Positions 47,170 through 57,148 of a stretch of DNA of 64,000 bases are shown in pieces. Under the pieces are notes generated by a model. It was not told where the DNA came from and did not search any database. It saw only the letters and a program-made list of their open reading frames with translations. Origin of the DNA: Elsinoe ampelina (taxonomy: Eukaryota); the NCBI GenBank assembly GCA_010093995.1, contig ML992509.1:542178-606177 (forward strand), in the 5' to 3' direction. Position 1 is the stretch's first letter. Every line of letters begins with the position of its first letter. The translations under genes and the position numbers were made by a program.

Positions 47170-47306
47170 TAACACGAAAGTCAGGATGGGAGGAGAGTGC
47201 GGATGCAGGCAATTCAATACAATCCTAGGCAATGCATATTTTGATCAAGTGGATATATTTGTACAAGTACAGTAGCTTCGTAAGTATTACACATTGACCA
47301 ACACGT

Positions 47307-49796
47307 TCACTGGAGTCTTTCGGGACTAAAATGACCCATCTCCTTCGCCGCCACTTCGACGGCTTCCTCGACAGCCCCATCGTTTCCTTTGATCCTGCCA
47401 AGTATCGCCTTCACTAGTTCGACTAGCAGTCCTACATTCTCCTCCTTCTGCGCCGCCTCATCCATGTCTTCAAGCAGTACGCCATCCCTCTCCAACGCCT
47501 GGACACGCCTCTCTCGCAAAGCCTCAAGGACCTTCTCGACCGCGTCTGCTTTGCCTTCTCTACGTCTCATTTGTATCCTTCCTTTTCTGCCTCGCACTGT
47601 CGCCATCTCCGATTGGTATATATTTCCCAGACCAGTAACAATTAGCCCCGCCACCTCTGCATCCGGTGCAGTGTCAAAGTGCTTGAGAATAGCTTGCATA
47701 GCCACGACCAGCGCCGGGAAGTCCTTCTCATTGGAAAAGACTGTTACAATTCGCGCATAGATCTCGGCGCTGAAGCTTTCTACTGCTTTTGTGGCTAAAC
47801 GCTCCAGCAAATTTGCACGCCAGTCCAGCATAACTTTGAAAAGTGTTCGAGGTGGTGGTAAGGTATCCCTCTCTAACCGCTTCAGCGGATTGGTGACTTC
47901 CTGCTGTGCATGCCACAGCGCATTGAACGACTCCATGTCAGGGAAAGTGGTCTTGGTGTGATGTAGAAAGTCGTTCCAGATCGCCGCCGGACCATTATTG
48001 TACAGTTGCATATATAGCAAATGATTCATGAAGAAGGAGCTCATCTGTAGTTCTCCAGGCTTGAGCATGCGGTGGAGGTGGCGAAGATGCGACCACTGCG
48101 AATTCAGCAGATAGTGAAGACCCAGAACGTTGAAGGTCTCGATAGTGGCCTGAGGGACAGGGCGAGATAAGTCGAGAGGCACTTGTTGCGGAACGAGTGC
48201 ATCCTCGGCAGGTACTTGTCCAAAGTCTTGCAGCATGTGGAGGTCGCGGCCAGTACGACTTGCAACGTAGGCGATGCGGCGATAGATCATTGCCCACCCA
48301 ATGGCTTGGCCCCGACGTTCATACTCTGTATCTTTTGATCTCATGAGACCACCAATGATGCCGTTTACATGTGTTGCATCTGGGGTGAGGCCACGCTGGT
48401 ACATCAGTTCTACAACCTTCATAGCGCCAGTCAAGTCTGACATGCCAATGAGTTTCTTGATCCAGGAGCCGAAGAAGAACTTATTCTGCCATCGAGTGGG
48501 GAGATCGGCTAGAGCTCGAAGAGAGACATCGTTGATCTCCTGGCTGGTAATGCTTTGACCATGGAGAGCGTCCAGCCGGCGCATGACGCCCTCTTTCATT
48601 TTCTTCTCTTCCTCGACTGTGATCTCCTTCTTCTCCACAGCTTTGGTGCCTTGCAGCATCATGTCGCGGAAAACGGCGAGAGCGAGGTCTTTCTTGTTGT
48701 CTGTGAGGAATCGGGCAACCACCAAATCGTAATCTCTCATTTCCATGCTCGAACCAAGACGATCCCGAAGCAACAGATACAGTGTGTAAGCCATGTGGTC
48801 GTTTCCAGTCTCTATGCTGGCGTGAATCAGGGGATGCAGAGCCCTCGCATTGGCCTGCGGAATTTCCTGGAGATACTGCCGCGCAACGCGAAAGCCTTTC
48901 CGAATATCTCCTACTGCGGCATACAGCTTGATGCCATGCTCCAAATTGCTACGGCTCTTGCCATCTGTGACTTCGTACTCCCTCTTCCATTGCAGGATAG
49001 CTTCTTCTGATTGACCTTGCATCACCATTGCTTCGTACTTGGCCTCGGCTTCTTCTGGAAGGAGAACAACGCCAGCGTCACCCATACCTTTTGCCAGCTC
49101 CAGTAATCGTTCCTCGCGGTGAATGTTGGCCGGTCCAAGCTCGGCTGCGGAGCGCCATAGCACGTGCCATGCTTCAGCTGGTATCCTTGCATTCAACCCT
49201 GGGACTACACGTTTTGCCGCCTGAAAAGACTTCCAGAGATCCACTCGTGTCTTCTCTGACTGTGAATCGTCAGCAGCTCGTCGGAGCTGATTTTGAAGCT
49301 GCTTCAAGACTGGCTCAACAACCTGCTGACTCGGCGATCGAATCTGCAAGCTTCGCTCCTGCTGTTGTCGTCTCGCTCTTTCATTTGCAAGTGCTTTGGC
49401 AACCTCCTTGCGCTTGTCCTCGGGGAAGGCAGCGATCACAGTCTCGTGATACTCCTTGCTATCTATACTGGCGTCGTATTGTCTAATCCGTGCTGTCATC
49501 GCGGCGAGCTGCTTTCGGACCTCAGTCGCCTCCACCTCTTCCGGGTTTGCTGACACCCGCTTGATCTCCCCAGATTCGACATCTTTCTCGAACCACCTGA
49601 TGTCTTCGTCATCGTCCCGGACAGCTGTCGACGCCGGCGAGGCTGGTGGCTTTCTAGTCTTTTCGACCTCGGGTTTTCTCTGGACCTTGGGCAGAACTCT
49701 TCGAAAGAGTTGACTGGTGATTGAGTTGTGTCTACAAGCTTGCTGAAACACCAGAGGGGAGAGGAGAAGTCGACGCTGAAAGCAAAATGGTTGCAT
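47307..49796 (-). CDS. Mitochondrial pentatricopeptide-repeat-like protein (829 aa)
   Basis: Basic presequence (RRLLL..CRHNS); helical repeats with PPR-like ends (ALAVFRDM, MYQRGLTPDATHVNGIIGGL, TIETFNVL, PDMESFNAL). Confidence 0.8.
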   Translation of the reverse strand: MQPFCFQRRLLLSPLVFQQACRHNSITSQLFRRVLPKVQRKPEVEKTRKPPASPASTAVRDDDEDIRWFEKDVESGEIKRVSANPEEVEATEVRKQLAAMTARIRQYDASIDSKEYHETVIAAFPEDKRKEVAKALANERARRQQQERSLQIRSPSQQVVEPVLKQLQNQLRRAADDSQSEKTRVDLWKSFQAAKRVVPGLNARIPAEAWHVLWRSAAELGPANIHREERLLELAKGMGDAGVVLLPEEAEAKYEAMVMQGQSEEAILQWKREYEVTDGKSRSNLEHGIKLYAAVGDIRKGFRVARQYLQEIPQANARALHPLIHASIETGNDHMAYTLYLLLRDRLGSSMEMRDYDLVVARFLTDNKKDLALAVFRDMMLQGTKAVEKKEITVEEEKKMKEGVMRRLDALHGQSITSQEINDVSLRALADLPTRWQNKFFFGSWIKKLIGMSDLTGAMKVVELMYQRGLTPDATHVNGIIGGLMRSKDTEYERRGQAIGWAMIYRRIAYVASRTGRDLHMLQDFGQVPAEDALVPQQVPLDLSRPVPQATIETFNVLGLHYLLNSQWSHLRHLHRMLKPGELQMSSFFMNHLLYMQLYNNGPAAIWNDFLHHTKTTFPDMESFNALWHAQQEVTNPLKRLERDTLPPPRTLFKVMLDWRANLLERLATKAVESFSAEIYARIVTVFSNEKDFPALVVAMQAILKHFDTAPDAEVAGLIVTGLGNIYQSEMATVRGRKGRIQMRRREGKADAVEKVLEALRERRVQALERDGVLLEDMDEAAQKEENVGLLVELVKAILGRIKGNDGAVEEAVEVAAKEMGHFSPERLQ

Positions 49797-49988
49797 AAGC
49801 GCAATCTATGTACAGTGCATTGAGAGATTGAGGAGACAGAGAAATGGACCGTCATGGTGAACATTTTGATTTTGATACACCTCGGGTAAACCTGCCATTT
49901 CGGGAATGCTACTTCCGCGGAGTACAACTACAAACCTCCAACCTATCTTTCACATGTTTGTCTGTATTGTACGTTGACGGTCAACAAC

Positions 49989-52100
49989 ATGGATTTCGAG
50001 ACGTGCTACGTCTTCAGTCCAGATCGCGAAGAGACCGAATCCAGTCCGCCAGTGAAGCGTCGGCGCATTGGCGAACACAGAGGACTACAGTCGTCTTGGC
50101 CTCGGAGGCGAGCTTTGTATGAGAGGTTGTGGTCAGAACATCAAGCAAAGCTGCAGGTGTGTCGAGCACTACACTCAAAAGTACCATGCTGACAAAGGTA
50201 GAATGCTCTTGACGAGCTGAACGAGCAAGTCGTAACAGACGTATCGAAATTTATCGTTGACACGACCTTTGATACTGCAGACTCCAAGCTTGACTCGGCA
50301 ATCCTGGTAACCGGACCCAGCCTGACGTCTCAAGGCATTATTACACGCCAAGTTCATGCACATATTAAGGATCGTGCGCGATCGTGCTTTGTGTCTTTCA
50401 ACTCAAGCGAAGCAGGAAATCTGAAAGCTGTGCTCAAACGGATCAATGCGGTGACTTCTTCGGTTGAGGTACCTGATGACGACGAAGCGGATGAACAGGT
50501 CTCTGGCTCTCGGAAAGGGCTGAAGTTGCTCAACTACGATCTGCGTATCTCTCAACAAGCTGTCGAGGATCAGAATCTTGCGAAAGTTGTAATTGCCTTT
50601 CAAGACTGTGAAGCATTTGATGGAGGTGTGTTATCCGATGTGATTGAGCTCCTCAGGTAGGTATCCTTGTTCTCGTACATCGATATCTCACTCATTACTC
50701 GCAGTTGTTGGAAGGATCGCGTCCCATTTGTACTCATGTTCGGAGTGGCCACGTCAATTGAAGCTCTTCAAAGTAAGCTCTCAAGGAAAGCCATCAGGTG
50801 TCTCAGGGGGCGAAGGTTCGATGCCACCAATGCAGAGGCTACGCTGGAAAAGGTCTTCTCCCATGTGTATTCGTCCGAGAGTAATCTCTGGTTCGGTTCT
50901 GGAATGTCGAGTCTGGTCCTGGCTCGACAACGTGACTATCTGGCCAACCCTCAAAGCATCATTGATTCAATGCAGTACGGATACATGTCACATTGCTACG
51001 CCAATGCTGTGAGTCTGTTTCTTGACGATCAATTGGTCACTACCGATGTCCCCAAGGACCATTTCGAGGCGGCTCGTAATCTGCCTTCCTTCATGCAACT
51101 CGCAGAAAACTTGCTCGAACAAGGCAAGGACCAATCTGGAGAAGTGCGCAAGCTTCTTGAAACCGACACATACCTGCATCAACGCCTCCAACAAGACATC
51201 AAGCTTGGCCAACGAGCTGTGCGTGATATCATTAGAATCGCTCGACTCTACCAACAGCTAGCCTCTGTGTTAGAAGGCGTCGAGCGTTTGCCCGAATCAG
51301 AGATCATAGTTCAAGCACTTTCGGGTTCTTTGCTTGGTTCAGCAAGAATGAAAACCTTCTTCTTGGTGCTGAAGCGAGCTACGTCCAAGGTGCTGCAAGA
51401 CCTGCTAGACAATGCCAGCGACGACCAGGACGAAACGACTCAGGACCTTTTCGAGAACCACCGACAGAGGCTCGTTGATCTTCTGAAGGACCATACCGAG
51501 GCGGACGGACCTTTGCGCAGCGAGGTCGACATACAGAACTCAACCTTACGTACGACTGTCATTTCAAAGAAGATCTCGCTTAGTAAAGCAAAGACAACGC
51601 TCACAAAAGCCGATGCAGCGTATTCGGAGATTCTGAATGAATTTGTTGAGCGGCTACAGAACCATTTTTCTGAGAAGCTCATCGATCCGAGAACACTTCC
51701 ATTCAATGAGATCTTCCTCTTCGATCTCAAGTCACCCTACCGGCAGACCTTCACACCCCGGCCTCGTCATGCCATTGAACGCGCTTTATCGTCACCGCAT
51801 GATTATCTCAATTGCGAATGCTGCGTCCCAAGTGCCGGAGAGGAAGATGGATCGACACTGGCGTCGACACAACACGCGACTGCGATCCTCTACCAGTTGT
51901 ATTTGGAAAGCGGTCTCATGGTGAACGCGGCCGATCTGAGTTCTGCCTTTGCAGCGATTCTGGGCGAGAAGGTCGAGGATGAGGAGGTGTTGAACGCTCT
52001 CTTTCAGAGATCGCTAGCAGAGCTATCTCATCTTGGGTTGGTCAAGGGTACCAAGAAGAAGGCCGATCACCTGATAAAGACTGCTTGGAAAGGCTTGTGA
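49989..52100 (+). CDS. ORC3: Origin recognition complex subunit 3; introns 50157-50201 and ~50657-50704
   Basis: LLNYDL..VVIAFQDCEAFD..LSDVI, PFVLMFGVATS, YMSHCYAN, LPSF, PRPRHAIERALSSPHDYL, ILYQLYLESG, F.R.LAEL..LG.VK..K.DH; ascomycete Orc3 motifs. Confidence 0.92.
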
Positions 52101-52137
52101 TACCGTCGTCCTGTAGAGGCTGGTCGATTGAAGGCTT

Positions 52138-53049
52138 TCATCCGGTTGCTTCGCTCGTCAGAGCCGTTACTGTGCTCTCTGTACCGTTGCTCTTCTTCCG
52201 CTTCCTCTTAGTCGTTGCCTCTTCCGAGACCGAAGCTTCGCTCTTTTGAGCCTTTTCCTTCTTTGCCTCTTGTCTCGCTGCTCTGATTTGGTTCTCTATC
52301 CTGTCCGGCATAGCGGCTCTCGAGCTGTGCTCCGAGCGGTCTTGGGGCTTCTTCGACTTCATAGCGCTCAGCGGGTTCACGCCCTTGGGCCCTCTCTTCT
52401 TCTTTTGTGGAGCCTCGATTTTGGGCTCATCAATTTCGGGATCTTCTCTGCCCTCCTCACTTCCTTCTCTCTTCCGCTTCTCCCCTGTACCTGAAGACTT
52501 GCCCCGCTTGACTCCACTCCTGACCTTCTCTCTCTCCTGATCGTCCTTGACCTCCTCGCTTCTCGCCGCCATTGGCTCCATGACCATCACCGACCTCTGC
52601 ACATACACCAGTGGTACTCCTGCAACCCCCCGCAATCTCCGCCGCGTTGCTGCGTCCTGGCTTGCGACAATGTACCTGTGCTTGTTCGTCCCGCTGTCTT
52701 TGGGATCGACAACACTCATGATGCACTCCTCTGCACCCAAGGGCTCCTCTAATTCCTGATGACCACATTTTCTCCTCTCACATCCTTTGGCCGTCTCGAT
52801 CCACGAATTCTTCACCGCGCGATCTTCGGTCTTTGCCAGGTAGAGTTGTCGTATACAACACTGCGTGATCATAGGCTTGACTTGACCATGCAACGTCCGT
52901 GAAAGTAAATGTGGCAAATCCATCTTGAACTTTGTCGTGTCCTGGATTATCTCCGCATCCAGCAAAACCTGATATGGTTCTCTGAAGTTGAATGCCAGAG
53001 CATATTGATGCATCAGCTTGCGGTACTGTTTGGAGCGTTTACCCCTCAT
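52138..53049 (-). CDS. UTP23: SSU processome PIN-domain protein Utp23
   Basis: MRGKRSKQYRKLM..FREPYQVLLD, KPMITQCCIR, ERRKCGH, NKHRYIVASQD, GVPLVY, GPKGVNPLS. Confidence 0.95.
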   Translation of the reverse strand: MRGKRSKQYRKLMHQYALAFNFREPYQVLLDAEIIQDTTKFKMDLPHLLSRTLHGQVKPMITQCCIRQLYLAKTEDRAVKNSWIETAKGCERRKCGHQELEEPLGAEECIMSVVDPKDSGTNKHRYIVASQDAATRRRLRGVAGVPLVYVQRSVMVMEPMAARSEEVKDDQEREKVRSGVKRGKSSGTGEKRKREGSEEGREDPEIDEPKIEAPQKKKRGPKGVNPLSAMKSKKPQDRSEHSSRAAMPDRIENQIRAARQEAKKEKAQKSEASVSEEATTKRKRKKSNGTESTVTALTSEATG

Positions 53050-53375
53050 CTTGTGTTGGTGGCGCAAGGCAGCGCTGACAGAGGGCGACGAGCTGAAAAA
53101 GTCTGGTGCAAGATGAGGTGAGGCTCTTCACATGTCGATGCCAAAAATTATTGCGGCTGAAGTCACAAAATCCGGGGAAGCGTGCCTTTCGGGGCGCACC
53201 CTTGGCATGGGCCAAGCCTCGTTCTGGACCAAGAGCTTGATCCGGCCGACATATGGGAGAAGTTGTATCCGATTCCGATCAGCTCACGCCTTCGACACTG
53301 GATATACAAATTGCTGACTCGAAGCGCCGAGAGTAGAGCCATGCTTGGATCTTGGAGACCGACACAATAGCGACC

Positions 53376-56300
53376 ATGGCGAAGGATGAGGACGACAAGG
53401 CCGAGAGTAAGATCTCTCCTGCGGAGGAGAGCACGGGATCACAGGTTCTCAAGCCTTCGGAAGCGGTGACACAAGCAGAGGAGGAGGTTGACGAGTTTGG
53501 ACTCAAGATCAAACATGTTACCAAACGACTATATGAATTACCGACGACCATTGAAGGAGAGGGAACGAAAGACGCCAAGGACGACAGCGATGATGAGAAC
53601 GGTGATGGATTTAAAACACCCCCCAATGGATTGGACAAGAAGACCGAGGAGCAGACGAAAGTTCCACAGCTCGCGACTACGCAAGAGAAGAAATTAGAGG
53701 ACGGCGAAGTCACGAAACCAGAGGACGACCAGGAATCTCTGAAACTCGAAGTGCCCGAACAAAGCCACTCGAGTCCAAAAGTCACTGTGGACGAGATCAA
53801 GTCACCTCAGACCCCGGAAAAGACTTCAGCGAGCACAGATGCGTCGAGACAGCACAGCACGGCTACGACCTCAAGTCCAGTGGAGACCCGCGGAGTATCA
53901 GAATGGTCGCATATGCAGCTCGCGCCAAAGGCTGAGGAAGAAGTCAAGGAGGAAGACGAAGGTGAATGGCAGTCTATGCCGGCTTTCGCGACGCACACGA
54001 TATACGATGATTGGGGGAAAGTGCTTGCACGGGAGGAGAAGGAGCTTGAGGAAGAGGAAGACAAGGGCTACCAGAATCTTGGAGGTGCAAGCAGAGGGTA
54101 CACCAAGGTTCAGCTGGATGAGGATGCAATGTCCGCGACGAGCATGGACGACGATACAGCCTACCTCTTCAAGCAATCAAAGACGACGACATTGCTCGAG
54201 GAGGACGAGGAAGGCAGGGACATGCTCGCTCAAATGGAAGCGACAAAGGATCTCCTTACCGAGGGTCAGCGAATCGCGTACGTTGGTGTAGTAAAGATCG
54301 CGACCATGGAGATGTACCGAGAGTTTGAGAAGATCGAAAGGACACGGAGCACGAAAAGGATGACAGAAGCAACTCTGGAATCACTCAAGAAGTTCAGTCA
54401 GAAGATCATGGTTCGATTATATGGACACATGGAGATCGACTCTGCCGAGCAGGTCATGATTGAGCAGCTGGCCGAGCATGGTGTGCAGGCAGACGACCTC
54501 ACGCCGACGCTCATGCAGAATGCCCGGGTACGAAATCCGATGAAGGAGGCAGAAGCCAAGGATAGAAAGCAGTCGACCAGCGAGGAGGTACCGACACCCA
54601 GCAGCGAGAGCCTTGATGTCAAGAGTCCGACGCCTTCTATGCCAAATACTCCTTCGACGCCTGGCAACGTTCCAGCTCCGTATGATGAAGAAATAGCGCC
54701 AGACGATATGGAGATCCAAAGCCCGTCAGCCATTGCCGACCAAAAGAAGATTGACATTGATCTTAGATGGACGGTGCTATGCGATTTGTTTCTGGTCCTG
54801 GTGGCAGACAGTTCGTACGACGCCAGATCGAGAACATTACTTGAATACGTCGGAAAGGCGCTGCAAGTAGACTGGTTGGACATTTGTCGTTTCGAGAAGC
54901 GCATCACAGACGCTCTTGAAATGCAGGAAGCAGCCGACAAGGAGAACTGGAATGAGGAAGAGCACATGCAGCAGCGAGAAAAGTCGTCGCGGAATCGAAA
55001 GCTGATGATGATGGGTCTGGCGACTGTCGGAGGCGGTCTTGTTATTGGTCTCAGTGCTGGTTTACTTGCGCCTGTCATCGGCGCCGGATTCGCCGCCGGA
55101 TTTACCACAATCGGTATAGCGGGCACCAGCTCGTTCTTTGGAGGCGTAGGCGCCGCGGCACTGATCACATCGACGGGTGTCATTACTGGCAGCACCATTG
55201 GTATTCGAGCGAGTAGTCGACGTATGGGTGCAGTGAAGACATTCGAATATCGACCTTTGCACAACAACAAGCGAGTCAATCTCATCGTGACGATCGCAGG
55301 ATGGATGACAGGCAAAGTCGACGACGTGCGATTGCCCTTCTCAACGGTCGATCCCATCATGGGGGACATCTACTCTGTTCTCTGGGAACCGGAGATGCTT
55401 CAATCCATGGGACAAACCATCAATATTCTCGCCACCGAAGCCCTGACCCAGGGACTTCAACAAATCCTCGGCTCCACCATCCTCGTCGCCTTGATGGCTG
55501 CCCTGCAGCTTCCTATCGTCCTTACAAAACTTGCCTACCTCATCGATAATCCCTGGAACGTCTCCCTCGCCCGCGCCGATCAAGCCGGCCTCATTCTCGC
55601 CGACTCACTCATGGACCGCAACCTCGGCTCCCGCCCGATCACCCTCTGCGGCTTCTCCATCGGCGCTCGCGTCATCTACGCTTGCCTCAAAGAACTCGCC
55701 AAACGCGGCCAATATGGTCTCATCCAGAATGTTTATCTTTATGGCTCTCCCATGGTCGCCAACAAAGACGACTACATTCGCGCCCGCAGCGTCGTCTCCG
55801 GCCGCTTCCTTAACGGCTACGCCACCAACGACTGGATCCTGGGCTACCTCTTCCGCGCCACCTCGGGCGGCATCATGCGGGTCGCCGGCCTCGCCCCCGT
55901 CGAAATCCAAGGCATCGAAAACGTCGACGTAACCCAGCACGTCCCAGGCCACATGTCCTACCGTTCAGCCATGCCGAAACTCCTCCAAGAAGCCGGCTGG
56001 GCAGTCGAGTCCCTCGAGTTCAGCGAAATCGAAGACCCCGACCCCGAAAACCACGAGAAGCGCCAACGCGAGCTCATCAACGAAATCGAAGAAGCGCGCA
56101 AGAAACTCGAAGAAAAGCCCAGCAAGAAAGGCCTCAAAGCCCTCTTCAGCCGCAACAAGAAACTCGCCGAGAAGAAAGAATGGGAGACGTACGACGAGCG
56201 GACCAAAACCGGCCCGGCCGACGGGACCGCCGCCGACGCTTCCCATCCCGGTGCCTCCCCCAACGCGCCGGTCATGTTCGACGTCGACGCCATCCTCAAA

Positions 56301-56963
56301 GAAGTCGCCGAGCTGTCTGCCCAGGGCGTCGAGATCAAGGAGATCCAATCTACTCTCCCGCCCTTGAAAGTCAACGTGGAGCAGCCCGCCCGCGCTCGCA
56401 CGAGCGACAGCCACAGCCGCAGCCACAGTCGCGCGAGCAGCGGCTCGCAAAGCCCGCGACCGTTGCGGACTAGCTCGAGTTTCACCGCCACTGCCGCCAC
56501 CAACGCCGGCGCAGGGGTAGGCGTAGGGGGCAGGTTGAGTCATAAGAGTAGTCGCAGCTCACTCGGGGGCGACCGGAACGGGGCGACGAACGGGGGTATG
56601 TTGAGCCCGGCGAGTCCGAAGGTGAAGAGCGCCGGGGGGTGGTGGAGGAGGGGGAGCGGGAGTGGGGCCGGGAGCAGGGAGAAGTTACCCGTGGCTGTTG
56701 GGACGGAGGGGACGATGACGTGTGAGAGTGCTGGGAGTAGGAAGGGGAGTCCTGCGCCGGAGAGGCCCGGGTTGTATACGGCGCAGTCGGCGCCTGCAGG
56801 GACGAGTGGGAAGGGGGCGGCGGTCGGGGTGGGGGTAGGTGGCGGTGCGCTGGCGGTGGGAGGGGGTGCGGCTGCGGCGTATGCGGTGGATCATAATGCG
56901 TGGGCGGACGAGGATGAGTTTGGGAACAAGCGGGGTGGGGAGATGGAGATGACGTTCGAGTGA
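53376..56963 (+). CDS. MIL1: DUF726/TMCO4-family membrane-associated lipase-like protein (Mil1-like)
   Basis: WQSMP motif, IDIDLRWTVLCDLFL, YDARSR, Gly-rich hydrophobic GLSAGLLAP, IDNPW, RPITLCGFSIGAR (GxSxG), DWILGYLFR, GHMSY. Confidence 0.88.
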   Translation: MAKDEDDKAESKISPAEESTGSQVLKPSEAVTQAEEEVDEFGLKIKHVTKRLYELPTTIEGEGTKDAKDDSDDENGDGFKTPPNGLDKKTEEQTKVPQLATTQEKKLEDGEVTKPEDDQESLKLEVPEQSHSSPKVTVDEIKSPQTPEKTSASTDASRQHSTATTSSPVETRGVSEWSHMQLAPKAEEEVKEEDEGEWQSMPAFATHTIYDDWGKVLAREEKELEEEEDKGYQNLGGASRGYTKVQLDEDAMSATSMDDDTAYLFKQSKTTTLLEEDEEGRDMLAQMEATKDLLTEGQRIAYVGVVKIATMEMYREFEKIERTRSTKRMTEATLESLKKFSQKIMVRLYGHMEIDSAEQVMIEQLAEHGVQADDLTPTLMQNARVRNPMKEAEAKDRKQSTSEEVPTPSSESLDVKSPTPSMPNTPSTPGNVPAPYDEEIAPDDMEIQSPSAIADQKKIDIDLRWTVLCDLFLVLVADSSYDARSRTLLEYVGKALQVDWLDICRFEKRITDALEMQEAADKENWNEEEHMQQREKSSRNRKLMMMGLATVGGGLVIGLSAGLLAPVIGAGFAAGFTTIGIAGTSSFFGGVGAAALITSTGVITGSTIGIRASSRRMGAVKTFEYRPLHNNKRVNLIVTIAGWMTGKVDDVRLPFSTVDPIMGDIYSVLWEPEMLQSMGQTINILATEALTQGLQQILGSTILVALMAALQLPIVLTKLAYLIDNPWNVSLARADQAGLILADSLMDRNLGSRPITLCGFSIGARVIYACLKELAKRGQYGLIQNVYLYGSPMVANKDDYIRARSVVSGRFLNGYATNDWILGYLFRATSGGIMRVAGLAPVEIQGIENVDVTQHVPGHMSYRSAMPKLLQEAGWAVESLEFSEIEDPDPENHEKRQRELINEIEEARKKLEEKPSKKGLKALFSRNKKLAEKKEWETYDERTKTGPADGTAADASHPGASPNAPVMFDVDAILKEVAELSAQGVEIKEIQSTLPPLKVNVEQPARARTSDSHSRSHSRASSGSQSPRPLRTSSSFTATAATNAGAGVGVGGRLSHKSSRSSLGGDRNGATNGGMLSPASPKVKSAGGWWRRGSGSGAGSREKLPVAVGTEGTMTCESAGSRKGSPAPERPGLYTAQSAPAGTSGKGAAVGVGVGGGALAVGGGAAAAYAVDHNAWADEDEFGNKRGGEMEMTFE

Positions 56964-57148
56964 AGTCTGAGGGGGATGGTTTGGCGTGGCCTGGCATCGC
57001 ACGGCGTTTTGGAAGGGAGGGTTTGGCATACTATATCCATAGCACAAACTGTACATGACACGGCTGATTTGCCGGAGAGGGAGAGGAAAGGATGGATAGA
57101 TATCTCTGTACATTGCACTGCACGAGCACGAGCTCGTTCTTCCCACGT

